Shown piece by piece: positions 10,745 through 27,111 of a DNA stretch of 64,000 nt (position 1 is its first letter; each line of letters begins with the position of its first letter). Both the position numbers and the translations under genes were made by a program. The notes under the pieces were generated by a model, which was not told where the DNA came from, searched no databases, and saw nothing but the letters and a program-made list of their open reading frames with translations. This stretch comes from Eledone cirrhosa (taxonomy: Eukaryota), in the NCBI GenBank assembly GCA_964016885.1, contig OZ024752.1, forward strand, positions 25,172,001 through 25,236,000, given 5' to 3'.

Positions 10745-13700
10745 TAGCGAAATGGACTGCATACAGGAAAAAGGTGAAATTAGGAGTCAGCGAAACTGGT
10801 CAAAGATAGAACTAACGGTTTTGATCAAGGGGTGGACCATGGCTGATGGGTCTCCACCAAGCAAAAAGATGGCGGAGAATCTGAAAAGCCATGGGTTTCT
10901 GAGGACCCTGACACAGATAGAGAGAAAGAGAAAAGAAATTGAGAAGGCGTATGTCCTCATAGCGCCACATATGGCGATGCTAAGCCGTGTCCTCAGGGAG
11001 GAGAAAACCGAAGAGAGGGATGAGGAGAAGGAGAGGGAAAAGGAAAAGGAAAAAGAAAAGAAAAGGAGGAGAGCACAAGCACGGACCTGAAAGAAAATGA
11101 TATACCCTCCGCCACAGGCAGGGAGGGCAGGTCGGGCAACTAACAAGCAAAGGGCAAAGGTGAAAAGCGAAATCACCTTCCGAAGGAGAACCAAGCGCAG
11201 AGGGACCAGTGGACAACTGTTCAAAGGAAGAACAGAAAGCACCGAGACACTGGGAGCAAAAAAACCCAAGTAATGTGCTGGCATGGAGAGACAGGGATGG
11301 GATGCAGATTCGCCCACCCTAGGTCTCAAAGGAACTATGCCCATCCTACTCGCGCAACATGCCCCAGCCAAAGCCGAAATAAGCCGCTCCAGAAGTATGC
11401 TGATGTCGCGCGTGCCGCACCAACAAGGAGAGATACAGATGGCAGCAGACGAGATACAGATGGCAGCAGCAGAGCAGACCATTTTTTTTTAGTGATGGCA
11501 GAGAAGATTGTGGGACAGCTGACCTGGCTGCATCGTCTCCAGAGCCAGGGTCATCCACACCAGCACTCGAGACCACTACAGTTAAGGGACCCAGAGTGGC
11601 CGCCGCTGACACCAGACCAGGTGTCATACCGACAGCCATTACTGACACCCCAAAAGTCACACCAGTGCTGCTGCTGAATGTCAGAGGCCTGGTGAAACTC
11701 AGTAACATGAGTAAAATTTCCTACCTGGCAGACTTAGCCATAAGCAATCAAGCACTATGCATGGCACTAACCGAAACGCACCTGACAAGCAGTATAGCAG
11801 ATGTAGAAATACATATACCGAAATATACTGTATTTCGTTCGGACAGGAAGGAGAGAACTCATGATGGAGTTGCTCTGTATATCCAAGCACTATGCATGGC
11901 ACTAACCGAAACGCACCTGACAAGCAGTATTGCAGATGCAGAAATACATATACCGAAATATACTGTATTTCGTTCGGACAGGAAGGAGAGAACTCATGAT
12001 GGAGTTGCTCTGTATATCCGTGAAGATGTCACACCAATTTTACTGTTGACATATTCAAACTCAGTCTGTGACACACTGATAATACATATGAAGCAACTAC
12101 AGACAGTAATATGTGTCACATATCGGCCGTCCGATGCCCACAGTCATGAGGGTAAATTTGAGGATAGCCTAAGTAGGATAGAAGAGGTCCTTGACAAACT
12201 GGACCAGAGTCTCAACATCCTACTGCTGGGAGACTTCAACCTACCAAAGGTCAAATGGCCTGAGGGCCACCTCCTCCCTGGAATGACGTCAATAGAACAG
12301 AGACAGACGGAATCCCTGCTGGCCCTCACACACAGGCTGTTCAATTCTCTCAGATCATAACATAGTAGAGCTAATGATATGTGGTCCAAGAGAACCAACA
12401 GAGACAAAACCACCAAGAAGCTCCGGACGTTATCCAGCCTTAACTTCTACAAGGCTAACTGGAAAAAGATTAAGAGAGAAATCCGGAAGCAAACATGGAG
12501 TGAAAACACCGCCACACAAGACACTAACACACAATTTCAACACTTCATGACAATGATACACACTATATGCAAAAGGTTTGTCCCGGAGAAAGACGCAAAC
12601 AGACACAAAAATCTTATTCCCAGAGATAGGAAAATCCTTATGAGATGTAGAACTAAACTCTCAAACCAGTTGAATAGTCAACAAAACCAAAACAAGAAGG
12701 AATCCTATTTGAAACGTGCACTACTTGACACCGAGATTGCACTCAAACTTTCCCATGAGAATGAGAGGGCAAACCCTAAGGCCTTGTTTAAATTTGCAAA
12801 AGAAACTGTCTCAGTACACTGCAAGATTGGGCCACTCTTCTATAAGGACGGTTGATTAACCGAAAACCCCCAAGAGATATGTGAAATACTGAACGAACAG
12901 TACAAAAGTGTCTTCACATGTCCACTGAGGCACATGCAAATAACGAAGCCAGAGGAGTTCTTTGATGCCACAACACTACATGAAGAAATGGCAACCATCA
13001 ACCACATAGACATAACGGAGGAGGATGTGGTGTACGCCATTGATGAAATTAGAACAGACTCGGCTGCTGGACCTGATGGATTCCCAGCAGTTCTCTTAAA
13101 AATATGTAAGCGGGCCTTAGCAACTCCACTGAAGATGCTCTTCAGAAGCTCCTTGGCTAGCGGTGTACTACCCAGGGAGCTGAAAGAAAGCACAATATGC
13201 CCTATCCATAAAGGAGGTAGCAGAGCGGAGGCCAAACACTATAGGCCAGTCTCCCTGACGTCGCATATCAGTAAGGTCATGGAGCGAGTCGTCAGAAAGA
13301 AACTAATCGCTTCCCTCGAAGAAAGTGACCGCCTGGCTGGCGCGCGGCATGGCTTCCGCCCAGGAAGGGGCTGCCTTACACGGCTGCTGCATCACTGCGA
13401 CTGGGTCCTGGGACAACTGCTGGACAGCTCACATGTGGACGTGATATATCTTGACTTTGCGAAGGCCTTTGACAAGGTCGACTACGGAATGATATGTCAC
13501 AAACTACACGGACTCGGCATAACTGGAAAAGTAGGTGAGTGGCTGCATGGCTTCCTAAGGGACAGAAGCCAGGCAGTTGCAGCAAATGGGGCCCTCTCGA
13601 AGGTACACCAATAACAAGTGGGGTGCCCCAGGGGACAGTCCTGGGACCACTACTGGTTTTGGTGGCTCTCTCAGACATGCCCTCTATAGTACATACAACA

Positions 13701-14413
13701 ACATCCCTCACTAGCTATGCTGATGACACTAAGGTAGCACAGGCAATCAAAAACCCGGCTCACGCTGCCCTTTTACAGCAGGATCTGGATGCCATATACA
13801 AATGGGCGGAAGAAAACAACATGCAGTTTAATGCTGAAAAATTCCAAGCCCTACAATACAAACCTCCAAACAAACCTGCAAACACAAATATAGTGGAACA
13901 CAACTACACAGGACCAGGAGGGACCGATATCCCCGTGTCAAAATCGATACGAGACCTGGGCATAGACATGAGCGATGATGCATCTTTTTCCTCACACATC
14001 ATGAAAGTGGCGACAATGTGCAGACGACTCGCTAGCTGGATCTTGAGGACTTTCCGGACAAGAGATCAAATAACCATGTTGACACTATGGAGGACATTTG
14101 TCCTAAGCCGCCTGGACTACTGCTCCCAGTTGTGGTCACCCCATAGTGTCAAACTAACTACGCAGCTTGAGGCAATCCAGCGAAGCTACACCAAGAGGAT
14201 TGCCAAGATGAGGGAGACAAGCTACTGGGAGAGGCTAAAGGAGGAACTGAGCCCACAGCAAGATACGAGGGAAACGTAAGGGCAGCAGCAACAAACTCCC
14301 TCTTACACCAGTGGCCAACCTATACAGGCTGGAGATAAAATGTGTAGCAACAAGGGCGGTGCCCCAGCATGGCCTCAGCCGGATGGCTGAAACAGGTGAA
14401 AGAGTAAAAGAGT
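10745..14413 (+). mobile_element. Non-LTR retrotransposon family A (CR1-group, APE-RT), copy 1, degenerate
   Basis: ORF1 from MDCIQEK; endonuclease motifs LLNVRGL, TETHL, GDFNLP; RT motifs [25 protein letters not shown]; frameshifts, a 135-bp internal duplication (~11750-12020) and deletions; ends in (AAAAGAGT)n then (TA)n. Confidence 0.95.
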
Positions 14414-14469
14414 ATATATATATATATGTATATATGTATATATATATGTATATATATATATATATATAT

Positions 14470-15875
<1,406 letters not shown>

Positions 15876-16292
15876 TTAAAACATGTCTATAGAATCACCA
15901 GATAAAATAGATACCATTTCCTCTCCCAATTAGCATAATTAACTATATAAAAAAATCGAATAGACCAGGCTATAAGAATAAGGCTTCTATGAAGAAATCC
16001 CCAACAAATAACCGAAACTAGCCCTTCGCGTCGGCTGCGACGGAATATTTATCGAATATTTCGACAACGTAATCGCCAGATATACAGTAAATTAAACAGA
16101 ATTAGATGTAAAATAAACTAGGAGAAAAGAGAATACATTTATTTCCCTCTACCATGGTTTCGTCAGCATTTTGAGATTTCCAATAACTTCGGAAACTCGA
16201 GCATCGGACTCTTCAGGAGTTTGCTCTAATCTAGACAATAAATTTTACAAAGTGATCGCGCCAAGAATACATTCAAAAATGGCTAAGAATCG
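15876..16292 (-). repeat. PLE pLTR-like repeat (second copy 17411-17823)
   Basis: ~410-bp direct duplication that contains a hammerhead core on the minus strand. Confidence 0.65.
16147..16219 (-). ncRNA. Type I hammerhead ribozyme candidate (short stem I, long stem II, palindromic stem III)
   Basis: Minus strand: ctc CTGAAGA gtc...gac GAAA ccatgg T A gag; the second copy has a mutated core. Confidence 0.5.
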
Positions 16293-16443
16293 TGACGTCG
16301 CAGTGGTCAGGTTGGAAGGAGTGTGGTAGTTGCTTACGGCTGGTGGCTTTTTGCTAGAAAGCACAGCACAATACAGCCAAATTTGTATCTCAACATAATG
16401 GGAGATTATTACATATAAAGGTTTACATATATATATATATATA

Positions 16444-17312
16444 CTAGCAGTAAAGCCCGGCGTTGCTCGGGGTCGCTCAGTAGCTGTGTTAAAGTTACAA
16501 TGTTAAGTTTCTTTATTGGCTTAAAAACTGTAGTGTCTACTGTGCAGATTTGCATGTGGTGTTTTTGATTAATATTCCCTCAACCAACAATATGCCTTAT
16601 GGAAGTTAAGAAAACATAACGATAACCCGAATGTTATAACAAAAGAGGATGCTGGGGATAGAAACTGCACTGGTTATTTATTAACAAAGATCGAAAATGT
16701 AAACACTGCAACGCAGAGAAAAACATTAGCGTAACCAAATTATCAGTTATGTCTGTCTGCACGCCTATATCACCTCTCTGCACGACTGTCTGTCTGCACG
16801 CCTATATCACCTCTCTGCACGACTGTCTGTCTGCACGCCTATATCACCTCTCTGCACGACTGTCTGTCTGCACGACTGTCTGTCTGCACGCCTAACGACG
16901 AAATATTTGCTTGTTTTACGTAGTCTTTAAATAGACTTGTTTTCAAGTAAAAATATTGCTTTAAAATGCTTTTAAATGGAAATGAAGCAAAACGGAAGCA
17001 TAGTGTTCGAACTGATGAATTTTGCAGGTCAATATTTTGCTGGCTCGACAACTGTTAAAGCCAGCGTAATTTTTTACGTAAGACGCTCAATGTAAACAGA
17101 ACAAAGGGAAATAACTGATAACTTACGCTCAAAAATCGATACATTATATTCGATTTCGTCACATAGGGTGGGTCAATTTGAAATTTCTTTTTTCCGATGT
17201 CTTCGCTAGGGCTCAATGTACAAGTATAGCAATTTCGGTGCAATTCCGTGAGAGATTCTAAGAGGAGATGTGTGCCAAAAATCGATAGACAGACAGACAA
17301 CCACAGTTTTAT
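16444..17312 (-). mobile_element. Non-autonomous Helitron-like element with internal 37-bp minisatellite
   Basis: Minus-strand 3' end has hairpin CCCGAGCAACGCCGGG then CTAG|T at 16444; 5' end TATATAAAACTGTGGTTGTCTGTCTGTC; 37-bp repeats at 16751-16893. Confidence 0.7.
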
Positions 17313-17823
17313 ATATATATATATATATACATACATATACGTGTTTTGCAACGGGTCACTTTGAGGCTCAATGAAAATTTAATAAATTAAATAATCAGAG
17401 CTATATATCATAAAACATGTCTATAGAATCACCAGATAAAATACATACCATTTCCTCTCCCAATTAGCATAATTAACTATATAAAAAATCGAATAGACCA
17501 GGCTATAAGAATAAGGCTTCTATGAAGAAATCTCCAACAAATAACCGAAACTAGCCCTTCGCGTCGGCTGCGACGGAATATTTATCGAATATTTCGACAG
17601 CGTAATCGCCAGATATACAGTCAATTAAACAGAATTAGGTGTAAAATATACTAGGAGAAAAGAGAATACATTTATTTACCTCTACCATGGTTTCGTCCGC
17701 ATTTTGAGATTTCCAATAACTTCGGAAACTCGAGCATCGGACTCTTCAAGAGTTTACTCTAATCTAGACAATGAATTTTCCAAAGTGATCGCGCCAAGAA
17801 TACATTCAAAAATGGCTAAGAAT

Positions 17824-19340
17824 CTAAATTTAAATTTCAAAACCCAAATAAGTTTCGCAACGATAATTTAAAAAAGTGAAAGAAATAACAGCCGTTCCTA
17901 TGGGACTAAAACTTATTTGGGTTTTGAAATTTAAATTTGCCTACGGAACAGGTTTGGATTATAAAATTTAAATTTGTCCAGGTATCACGGCTATTGCCAA
18001 TATGGGTTTGTTTTTATTGATTTATTATTTTAAATCGAGACAGGCAAACTGTATTAATCTAATTAGTATTTTTCAATCTAACTAACTTGGTCATTTACGA
18101 TACAAACACTTATATGATTATATTAGTGTTTATCATATATTAATTTATATTAACTTGTATTTCACGGCTCAGAAATGCTTCTTTCTTTGAGCTAATTAAT
18201 TGTAAAAGACTGTTTGAGTTTATAACTCTAAATATAGTATTAACGGCTCCTTTTGTTGAGCTAAATTTTAGTCCCATAGGAACGGCTATTATTTCTAGCA
18301 GCATGACTATGGGGATAGCTAGGAGCTGGAAAACCATGTGCGTTAACACTTGACTACCAGTCCTCCTAAGTATTTCGAGGTGAAACATAGCAATTTTCTG
18401 GTTACCTGCCGATGACCACAGAAATTGGAATCTTTCACTTTTTTAAATTATCGTTGCGAAACTTATTTAGGTTTTGAAATTTAAATTTGTCTAGGGAACA
18501 GGTTTGGATTTTAAAATTTAAATTTGTCCAGGTATCAAGGCTATTGCCAATATGGGTTTGTTTTTATTGATTTATTATTTTAAATCGAGACAGGCAAACT
18601 GTATTAATCTAATTAGTATTTTTCAATCTAGCTAACTTGGTCATTTACAATACAAACACTTATATGATTATATTAGTGTTTATCATATATTAATTTATAT
18701 TAACTTGTATTTCACGGCTCAGAAATGCTTCTTTCTTTGAGCTAATTAATTGTAAAAGACTGTTTGAGTTTATAACTCTAAATATAGTATTAACGGCTCC
18801 TTTTGTTGAGCTAAATTTTAGTCCCATAGGAACGGCTATTATTTCTAGCAGCATGACTATGGGGATAGCTAGGAGCTGGAAAACCATGTGCGTTAACACT
18901 TGACTACCAGTCCTCCTAAGTATTTCGAGGTGAAACATAGCAATTTTCTGGTTACCTGCCGATGACCACAGAAATTGGAATCTTTCACTTTTTTAAATTA
19001 TCGTTGCGAAACTTATTTAGGTTTTGAAATTTAAATTTGTCTAGGGAACAGGTTTGGATTTTAAAATTTAAATTTGTCCAGGTATCACGGCTATTGCCAA
19101 TATGGGTTTGTTTTTATTGATTTATTATTTTAAATCGAGACAGGCAAACTGTATTAATCTAATTAGTATTTTTCAATCTAGCTAACTTGGTCATTTACAA
19201 TACAAACACTTATATGATTATATTAGTGATTATCATATATTAATTTATATTAACTTGTATTTCACGGCTCAGAAATGCTTCTTTCTTTGAGCTAATTAAT
19301 TGTAAAAGACTGTTTGAGTTTATAACTCTAAATATAGTAT
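17824..19340. repeat. 550-bp tandem repeat (~2.6 units) with short inverted 5' segment
   Basis: Identical ORFs at 18140 and 18690 (offset 550); AAATTTAAATTTCAAAACCCAAATAAGTTT (17826) is inverted at ~17909-17938. Confidence 0.9.
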
Positions 19341-19622
19341 GTATATATATATAGATAGCTAAATATACACGGGTGTGTATTATTGTGTATAGAAGATTAT
19401 ATTAATAAGAGGAATTCCAACTTTGTCTGATTTACTCGTTTTATTTACAATCCTTTAAAATTTATAATGGTATTATAATGAAATAGTATGATAGAATATT
19501 AAATTCTAAGTGTTAATTGAACAAGTACTTTCATGCTTTCGCAATCTTCAGGTTCATGATATGTGGTGACAGTCAAGTTTGCAATTTTCAACTATATATA
19601 TGTATATATATATATATATGTA

Positions 19623-19804
<182 letters not shown>

Positions 19805-20323
19805 CATATATATAAATATATATATACATATATATATATATATATTTACATATATATATATATTTATTTTCATTTTTAACGTTATTATTAATTTTAATTT
19901 TATTTTTACTTTTATTTTTACTTCACATCCACCAGTAAGCCCCCCCCCCCTTTTATCCTTCGATTTACTTACCTAATATCTTCACTTTCCACTTTTTACT
20001 TCCCTATTATCTTTACTTGCGTTTTCCACTCCAGATATTTTCTGTTATTTCGCAGCTATTTTTATATTTTTATATTTGTACTCATTTATTCATAAGGCTG
20101 CTTTTGAGCGTCTTTATGTGCGTATACGTTCTGTATATGTACACGACGCCTCCGTATGCGCGTGTGCGTGCGTGTATATATATGTGTATGTATGTGTGTT
20201 TTTATATCTATGTTTTTTACATTCTTATTTTTATGTGTGTGCGTGTAAGCGGGTCAATGTCCGTGAATATGTTGGTGTGTATGTGTGTATATATGTATTG
20301 TATGTATGGGTGTGTATGTGTGC

Positions 20324-20366
<43 letters not shown>

Positions 20367-20368
<2 letters not shown>

Positions 20369-21719
20369 ATACAATAACAGAGATAGCTTTAAGCTAAACT
20401 CCGACTGGTAACCATCTCACTCGACAAACATTAGGTTATACGTTACTATAAACCCAATTTAAGTGTTTGGGGTGCTAACTATATGTATTTTGTGGAAAGC
20501 CAGTTGTATTATTTTATATGAGATATAATTAAAGTTAAAATATATCTCTCTTTCCAAACAATTGTTTCATTATAAGTTATCTACAAGTTGGGAGAATGTT
20601 TCCAGTTTATGTAGAAGCCTAACACATTTTCATGTAAGAATATATTTAGGTGATCACTTATACATCTTCAGTGGAAGCCCATTAAACTTTGATATAAGAA
20701 AACATTTCTTACCGCAGTTAATTTTCGTGTCTGTTAAGTTGTCCCTTCACGCATCGAATGACCGCCAAATTTGAAATTCCAGCAGTCTTTTGACTGAGGA
20801 AGTATCATAGCGTCACGAAGCGGAAAAGGGAGACAACCCCTAGTCACGAGAAAAATAAAATAATATACACGTGGGTTAATTAGTTTTTTTCAAAAACATT
20901 ATCAATCCCGCGTGTTAAGAACTCAATTAATTTTAAAAAAATAAATGTATACGTGTATTAATTACGCGCGCATATAGATATTTTCTTAGGCTAAAAACAG
21001 AGAAGTGAATACCTAAACACCAACCACATCTCATAACTGTAATAAATACGGAAAGTTACGCTTTAAAAGGCATTTGGGAATGTAAATCTCTGGCCAAATT
21101 AAGAGTAAAATATTTGATACACACGAGTTAATTAGTTATTTCAAAACCAATATTAATTTCGCGTGTTAAGAACTCAATTAATTTTAAAAAATAAATGTAT
21201 GCGTGTATTAATTACACGCGCATATAGATATTTTCTTAGGCTAAAACAGAGAAGTGAATACCTAAACACCAACCACATCTCATAACTGTAATAAATACGG
21301 AAAGTTACGATTTAAAAGGCATTTGGGTATGTAAATCTCTGGCCAAATTAAGAGTAAAATATTTGATACACGCGAGTTAATTAGTTATTTCAAAACCAAT
21401 ATTAATTTCGCGTGTTAAGAACTCAATTAATTTAAAAAAATAAATGTATGCATGTGATTATTTACACACACATATAGATATTTTCTTAGGCTAAACACAG
21501 AGAAGATATACCCCAAAAAACAAACAATATCTCATAACAGTAATAAATATGGAAAGTCAAGTTTATAAGGTACCTGGAAATAAAAATCTCTGGCCAAATT
21601 AAGAGTAAAATATTTAATACAATAACAGAGATAGCTTTAAGCTAAACTCCGACTGGTAACCATCTCACTCAACAAACATTAGGTTATACGTTAGTATGTA
21701 TTCTGTGGAAAGCCAGTTG

Positions 21720-21722
<3 letters not shown>
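20367..21722. repeat. Element with ~100-bp terminal direct repeats and an internal ~250-bp tandem x3
   Basis: AATACAATAACAGAGATAGCTTTAAGCTAAACTCCGAC at 20368 and 21616; CGCGTGTTAAGAACTCAATT at 20909, 21160 and 21409. Confidence 0.8.
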
Positions 21723-21768
<46 letters not shown>

Positions 21769-21930
21769 CGCGTACGTACGCGTGATTAGATATACATGGG
21801 GCGATATGTATGTATATGTATGCGTGCATCCTGTGTAAGTATGTACGCATTTGTCTGTACGTATTGCGTGTATATATATTTTCTTATTGATATGTTTTTT
21901 TATAGATATATGTGTATGTACGCGTGTATC

Positions 21931-22009
21931 TTCTTTTCTTTTCTTTTCTTTTCTTTTCTTTTCTTTTCTTTTCTTTTCTTTTCTTTTCTTTTCTTTTCTT
22001 TTCTTTTCT
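21931..22009. repeat. (TTTTC)n microsatellite
   Basis: Direct reading. Confidence 0.95.
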
Positions 22010-22627
22010 ATAGTTGACTACTTTCTCTTTCATTTAAATGTTTTTTCTTTCTCACATATTGTTTAATGTTTATACATATATCGAGAATGACACTTTCTTT
22101 TAACTATTACACTCCCTTCCCCCTTTATCTTCCGCATATAAGTATCTAATACCTGCGTCTGGATTCGTGTCAACTAGATTATATCCGTATTTGTGGTTAC
22201 ATATACACAAATATACTTGCCCTCATATATGTACTTACGCACACATTTTCACCATACACACGCATTTGTACATACATACATATGTACATTTGTGAGTGTA
22301 TATACATACATATACACACACCTAACTATATTTCCTTATATTTTTTTTATATATTTTATGTCTATTGCATTACCTTTATTTATTTATATATATATATATT
22401 TTTTTGCATTTCTTGAGGAGACTTTCCAAAAATTTTTCACTATGTTTTATATTGCCTTGTCCGACAAATGAATGAGGACGTTTCTTTCGTATTCGTCTTA
22501 TTCGGGAAACCTCTGGTAATGAGGTAATTATATTGTATTGTTTATTATACATTAAATTTTGGTCTGGTACTTACATAGAGCACTCTTCACTCCTATGACT
22601 TTTTCAATTCCAACAGAAACTTCAATA

Positions 22628-22736
<109 letters not shown>

Positions 22737-22749
22737 ATATGTATCATAA

Positions 22750-23772
<1,023 letters not shown>

Positions 23773-23780
23773 GTATATAC

Positions 23781-23893
<113 letters not shown>

Positions 23894-23981
23894 ATAACTT
23901 TGAATAACTTTGAAATGTTTTGGCCAGTATTGGCCCAGGCCATGTCTAACTTAATAGCACCACCTGGCGAAGTCTTTCAAT

Positions 23982-26900
23982 TCAGGATTTGGGCACCATG
24001 GCCCATTCGAGAAGAGAATTACTGTTTGCGGAGACATATCCGGGTGTGGGTGGTTTGTCCGGGATTACTTGGAGGAATTTGTCCAAAGACTTCTTGAATC
24101 TTGTGTGGTCAGTTTCTGTTTTGACGTGTCCTGGTGTGATGTTGAAGAGAGCAGGGCCGATTGAGGTGAAATAATTGTGCCGTATTGTTGTTATGAGTTG
24201 CGATTTAGATTTTTGAATGGGACGGATAGCACGGGGCCCAAGCCTTGGGTGTATCTTGAAGGCGATGCCAACATCATTTGGGCAGTGATGATGGAACATT
24301 TTCCACATCATGCAGATAATATAACGCTCACGGCGACGTTGGAGTGAGTAAAGTTTCAGGTTTTCCAATCGACCCCAGTAGTCAAGGTCTGACATGCCAT
24401 CTATCTTTTTCGTGATTGCCCTTTGAGGAGCTTCAAGTTTCATGATACTTTGTTTCGTGTGGGGAGACCACAGTGGACAACAGTATTCAAGGTGTGGTCG
24501 GGCGAAAGTAGAGAAGAGAAGGATAATGGTGCGGGAATCTCTCGACTGGAAGGTTCTGAGGATCCAGGAACACATTCTGCGGGCCATGTCAACTTTGCTG
24601 CTTATATGCGTGGTCCAGCTTATGTTGCTGTCCACGGTTACTCCCAAGTCTCTGATGTTGTTAGATGCCACGAGAGTTTCCCCGGAGGGAAGGGAGTACG
24701 GGAGTTTCAGAGCATCCTCTTTTCCAAAGTGGATCAGTTCGAATTTGTCTTCGTTCAGTAACATGTTGTTCTTTTCTGCCCATTGGGTAACAGCCAGTAG
24801 GTCTGACTGAAGGCTTATCCGGTCATCCACGCCATTGATGACCTTTTGGAGCTTGGAATCATCAGCGAAAATTTTAATGTTGCTGTGTTTTAATGTTGCT
24901 GTGTTTGATGATGTCAGTGATGTCATTAATATAGATGATGAAGAGAAGTGGGCCCAACACAGTGCCTTGTGGGACTCCACTACTGACTTTGGCTGGGCTT
25001 GATTTGACTCCCTCAACTACAACATGTTGGGTTCTGTTTGACAGGAAGCTCTTGATCCACTGCAGCAGCTTTCCAGTGACACCAATATTGGACAGCTTTC
25101 TCAGTAGAATGTTATGATCAACCCTGTCAAAGGCCTTGCTGAAATCAAGGTAGATAACATCAGTGTTGGAACCCTCTCCCAAGGCTCTCAAAATGTCATC
25201 AAAGTGATGCAGTAGTTGCGTCAGGCAATCCCTTCCATTACGGAATCCATGCTGGTTGGAGTTCAGCATATTGTTACTCTCAAGGAAGTGGGTCATTCGC
25301 GATCTCACCACTCGCTCAAATACCTTAATGATATGAGAGGTGAGTGAGATTGGACGGTAATTCACGGCAAGGGATTTGTTTCCCTTTTTGAAAACTGGGA
25401 CAACAGACTGGGATAGAAGGTTTTCTGGCACATATCCAGCATCCAGTGAGTTCCGCCACAGATTGGCAAGAGGAGAAGCAAGTTGGTGTTGACACGCCTT
25501 CAAGACACAAGCAGGGAACCTATCGGGACCTACTGCTGAATTATGTTTGATTTCCTTTATTGCCGCCAAGACATCAGGGGCGCCAAACGTTATGTCCGAT
25601 AAGGTGTAATGGGGAGTAACATCGCCGATACAGCCCAGATCGGCCATATCAGGATTGCTGAAAACAGAGCAGTATTGTTTCTGCAGTATCTCACCCATGG
25701 TTTTAGCATTGTCTTGAAGAGTGCCATTTTCATCAATTAGAGGGCCAACAGTAGAGCCAGTGATTTTGTGTTTTTTTGCAAATGAAAAGAACACTTTGGG
25801 ATTGAGTTTGATCTTCTCAATGGCCCAGGCCTCTTCAGCTCTTCTCTGATTGTTGATGAGGGACATTATGTTGTTTTGGAGGTTATGTTTTTTAATCTCT
25901 AGTGATGAAATGGCAGTCAAGTTGATGTGTTGCTGCTGACAGTATTTCAGCTTGTTGATTTTTTTGTTCGTTCTCTTAATTTTTCTGATGAGTGTTTTTC
26001 TATTTCTAGGGATTCTGCTCTTAGATTTGTTTATAGTTCTTAATGGGGTGTGTTTAGCACATATGTTTGTAACAGTGTCCACAAAAGTCTGCCAGGACTT
26101 TTTGATGTTAGTGGGTGTATGAGTGTGCGTGAAGGACCAGTCGACATGTGCAAGATCATGACTGATCGCTTCCCAGTTTGCATTGTGGAAATCCATAGCG
26201 TCAAACGGATGGACAGGAGAAATGACATTGGGTTTGTATATTGGACGGTGGAATCTCAGATCACAGAGAACCATGTCATGATCAGAGAGTAGAGTTTTCT
26301 CCACTGCAATATTGTGGATATTGTCAGTGTGATTGCTGAAAATTAAGTCTAGGACGTTTTTGTGGCACCTCGTTGGTTCGAGCACTAGTTGGGATAGGAA
26401 GAAATCATCCATGAAGTCAAGAAGCGATTCCACAGCTTCCCTGTCAGAGGTTGAGGCAGAAGAACCTGGTGGCAGGGTGTTTGTGGACCAGTCAACTCCG
26501 GGGAGGTTGAAGTCCCCCATCATTAAGATGTTGTCAGGGTGACACTCTTGGATGAAACACTTTATGCTGTTGAGGCATTCCTTGAAGCATGGTACAGGCG
26601 TTTGGGGTGGCCTATAGAGCCCAACTACTAATAGGTTGTTGGTTTGACTGAATACAGTGACTGCCTCACAGTATCCATTAGTGAATATGTTCATAGCCTC
26701 TGTTGAGAAAGAATTATGGACATAAATGGCAGTTCCGCCCTTTCTTCTGCCAGCGCGATCAGCACGGATGGCTTTGAAATTTTTCACTTTCACCTCGGCT
26801 TCCAAGTGGAGGTTACTGAGATGGGTTTCAGTGAGGACGAAGAAAGGGATGTGGTTTGGATGGACATCAATCCAGTCCTCCAGGAATTTGATCTTCCATT

Positions 26901-27111
26901 TTTGAGTATTGGTGGAAGGGCTGATGCCTTGGGCGTTAAGCAAAAATGTAGAGGCGAGAGTGGATGGTTTTAATTGTTTTGGTGTGTTGTTAATTTGTTT
27001 GTTTGTTAATGGCAGCAATGGGAGTTTGTGCAGTGGGGTGATAGTGGAGGGTGGTGCTGGGTGATAGCTCGAATGTTTTTTTCCAGTTCTTTTGCCAGAT
27101 TCATTATGGCT
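23982..27111 (-). pseudogene. LINE family B ORF2 (APE endonuclease + RT), single frameshift
   Basis: [45 protein letters not shown]; a 16-bp tandem duplication at ~24874-24905 splits ORFs 24874..27018 and 23982..25016. Confidence 0.93.

Noticed and set aside
10158-11090. ORF or insertion joining the IGS to LINE ORF1
   Set aside because: It spans the 200-N gap, so adjacency of rDNA and LINE is unproven.
22455-22535. Hammerhead-like GAAACCTC/GAGGTA helix
   Set aside because: The core reads CCGACAA instead of CTGANGA and stem I is absent; at best a decayed copy.
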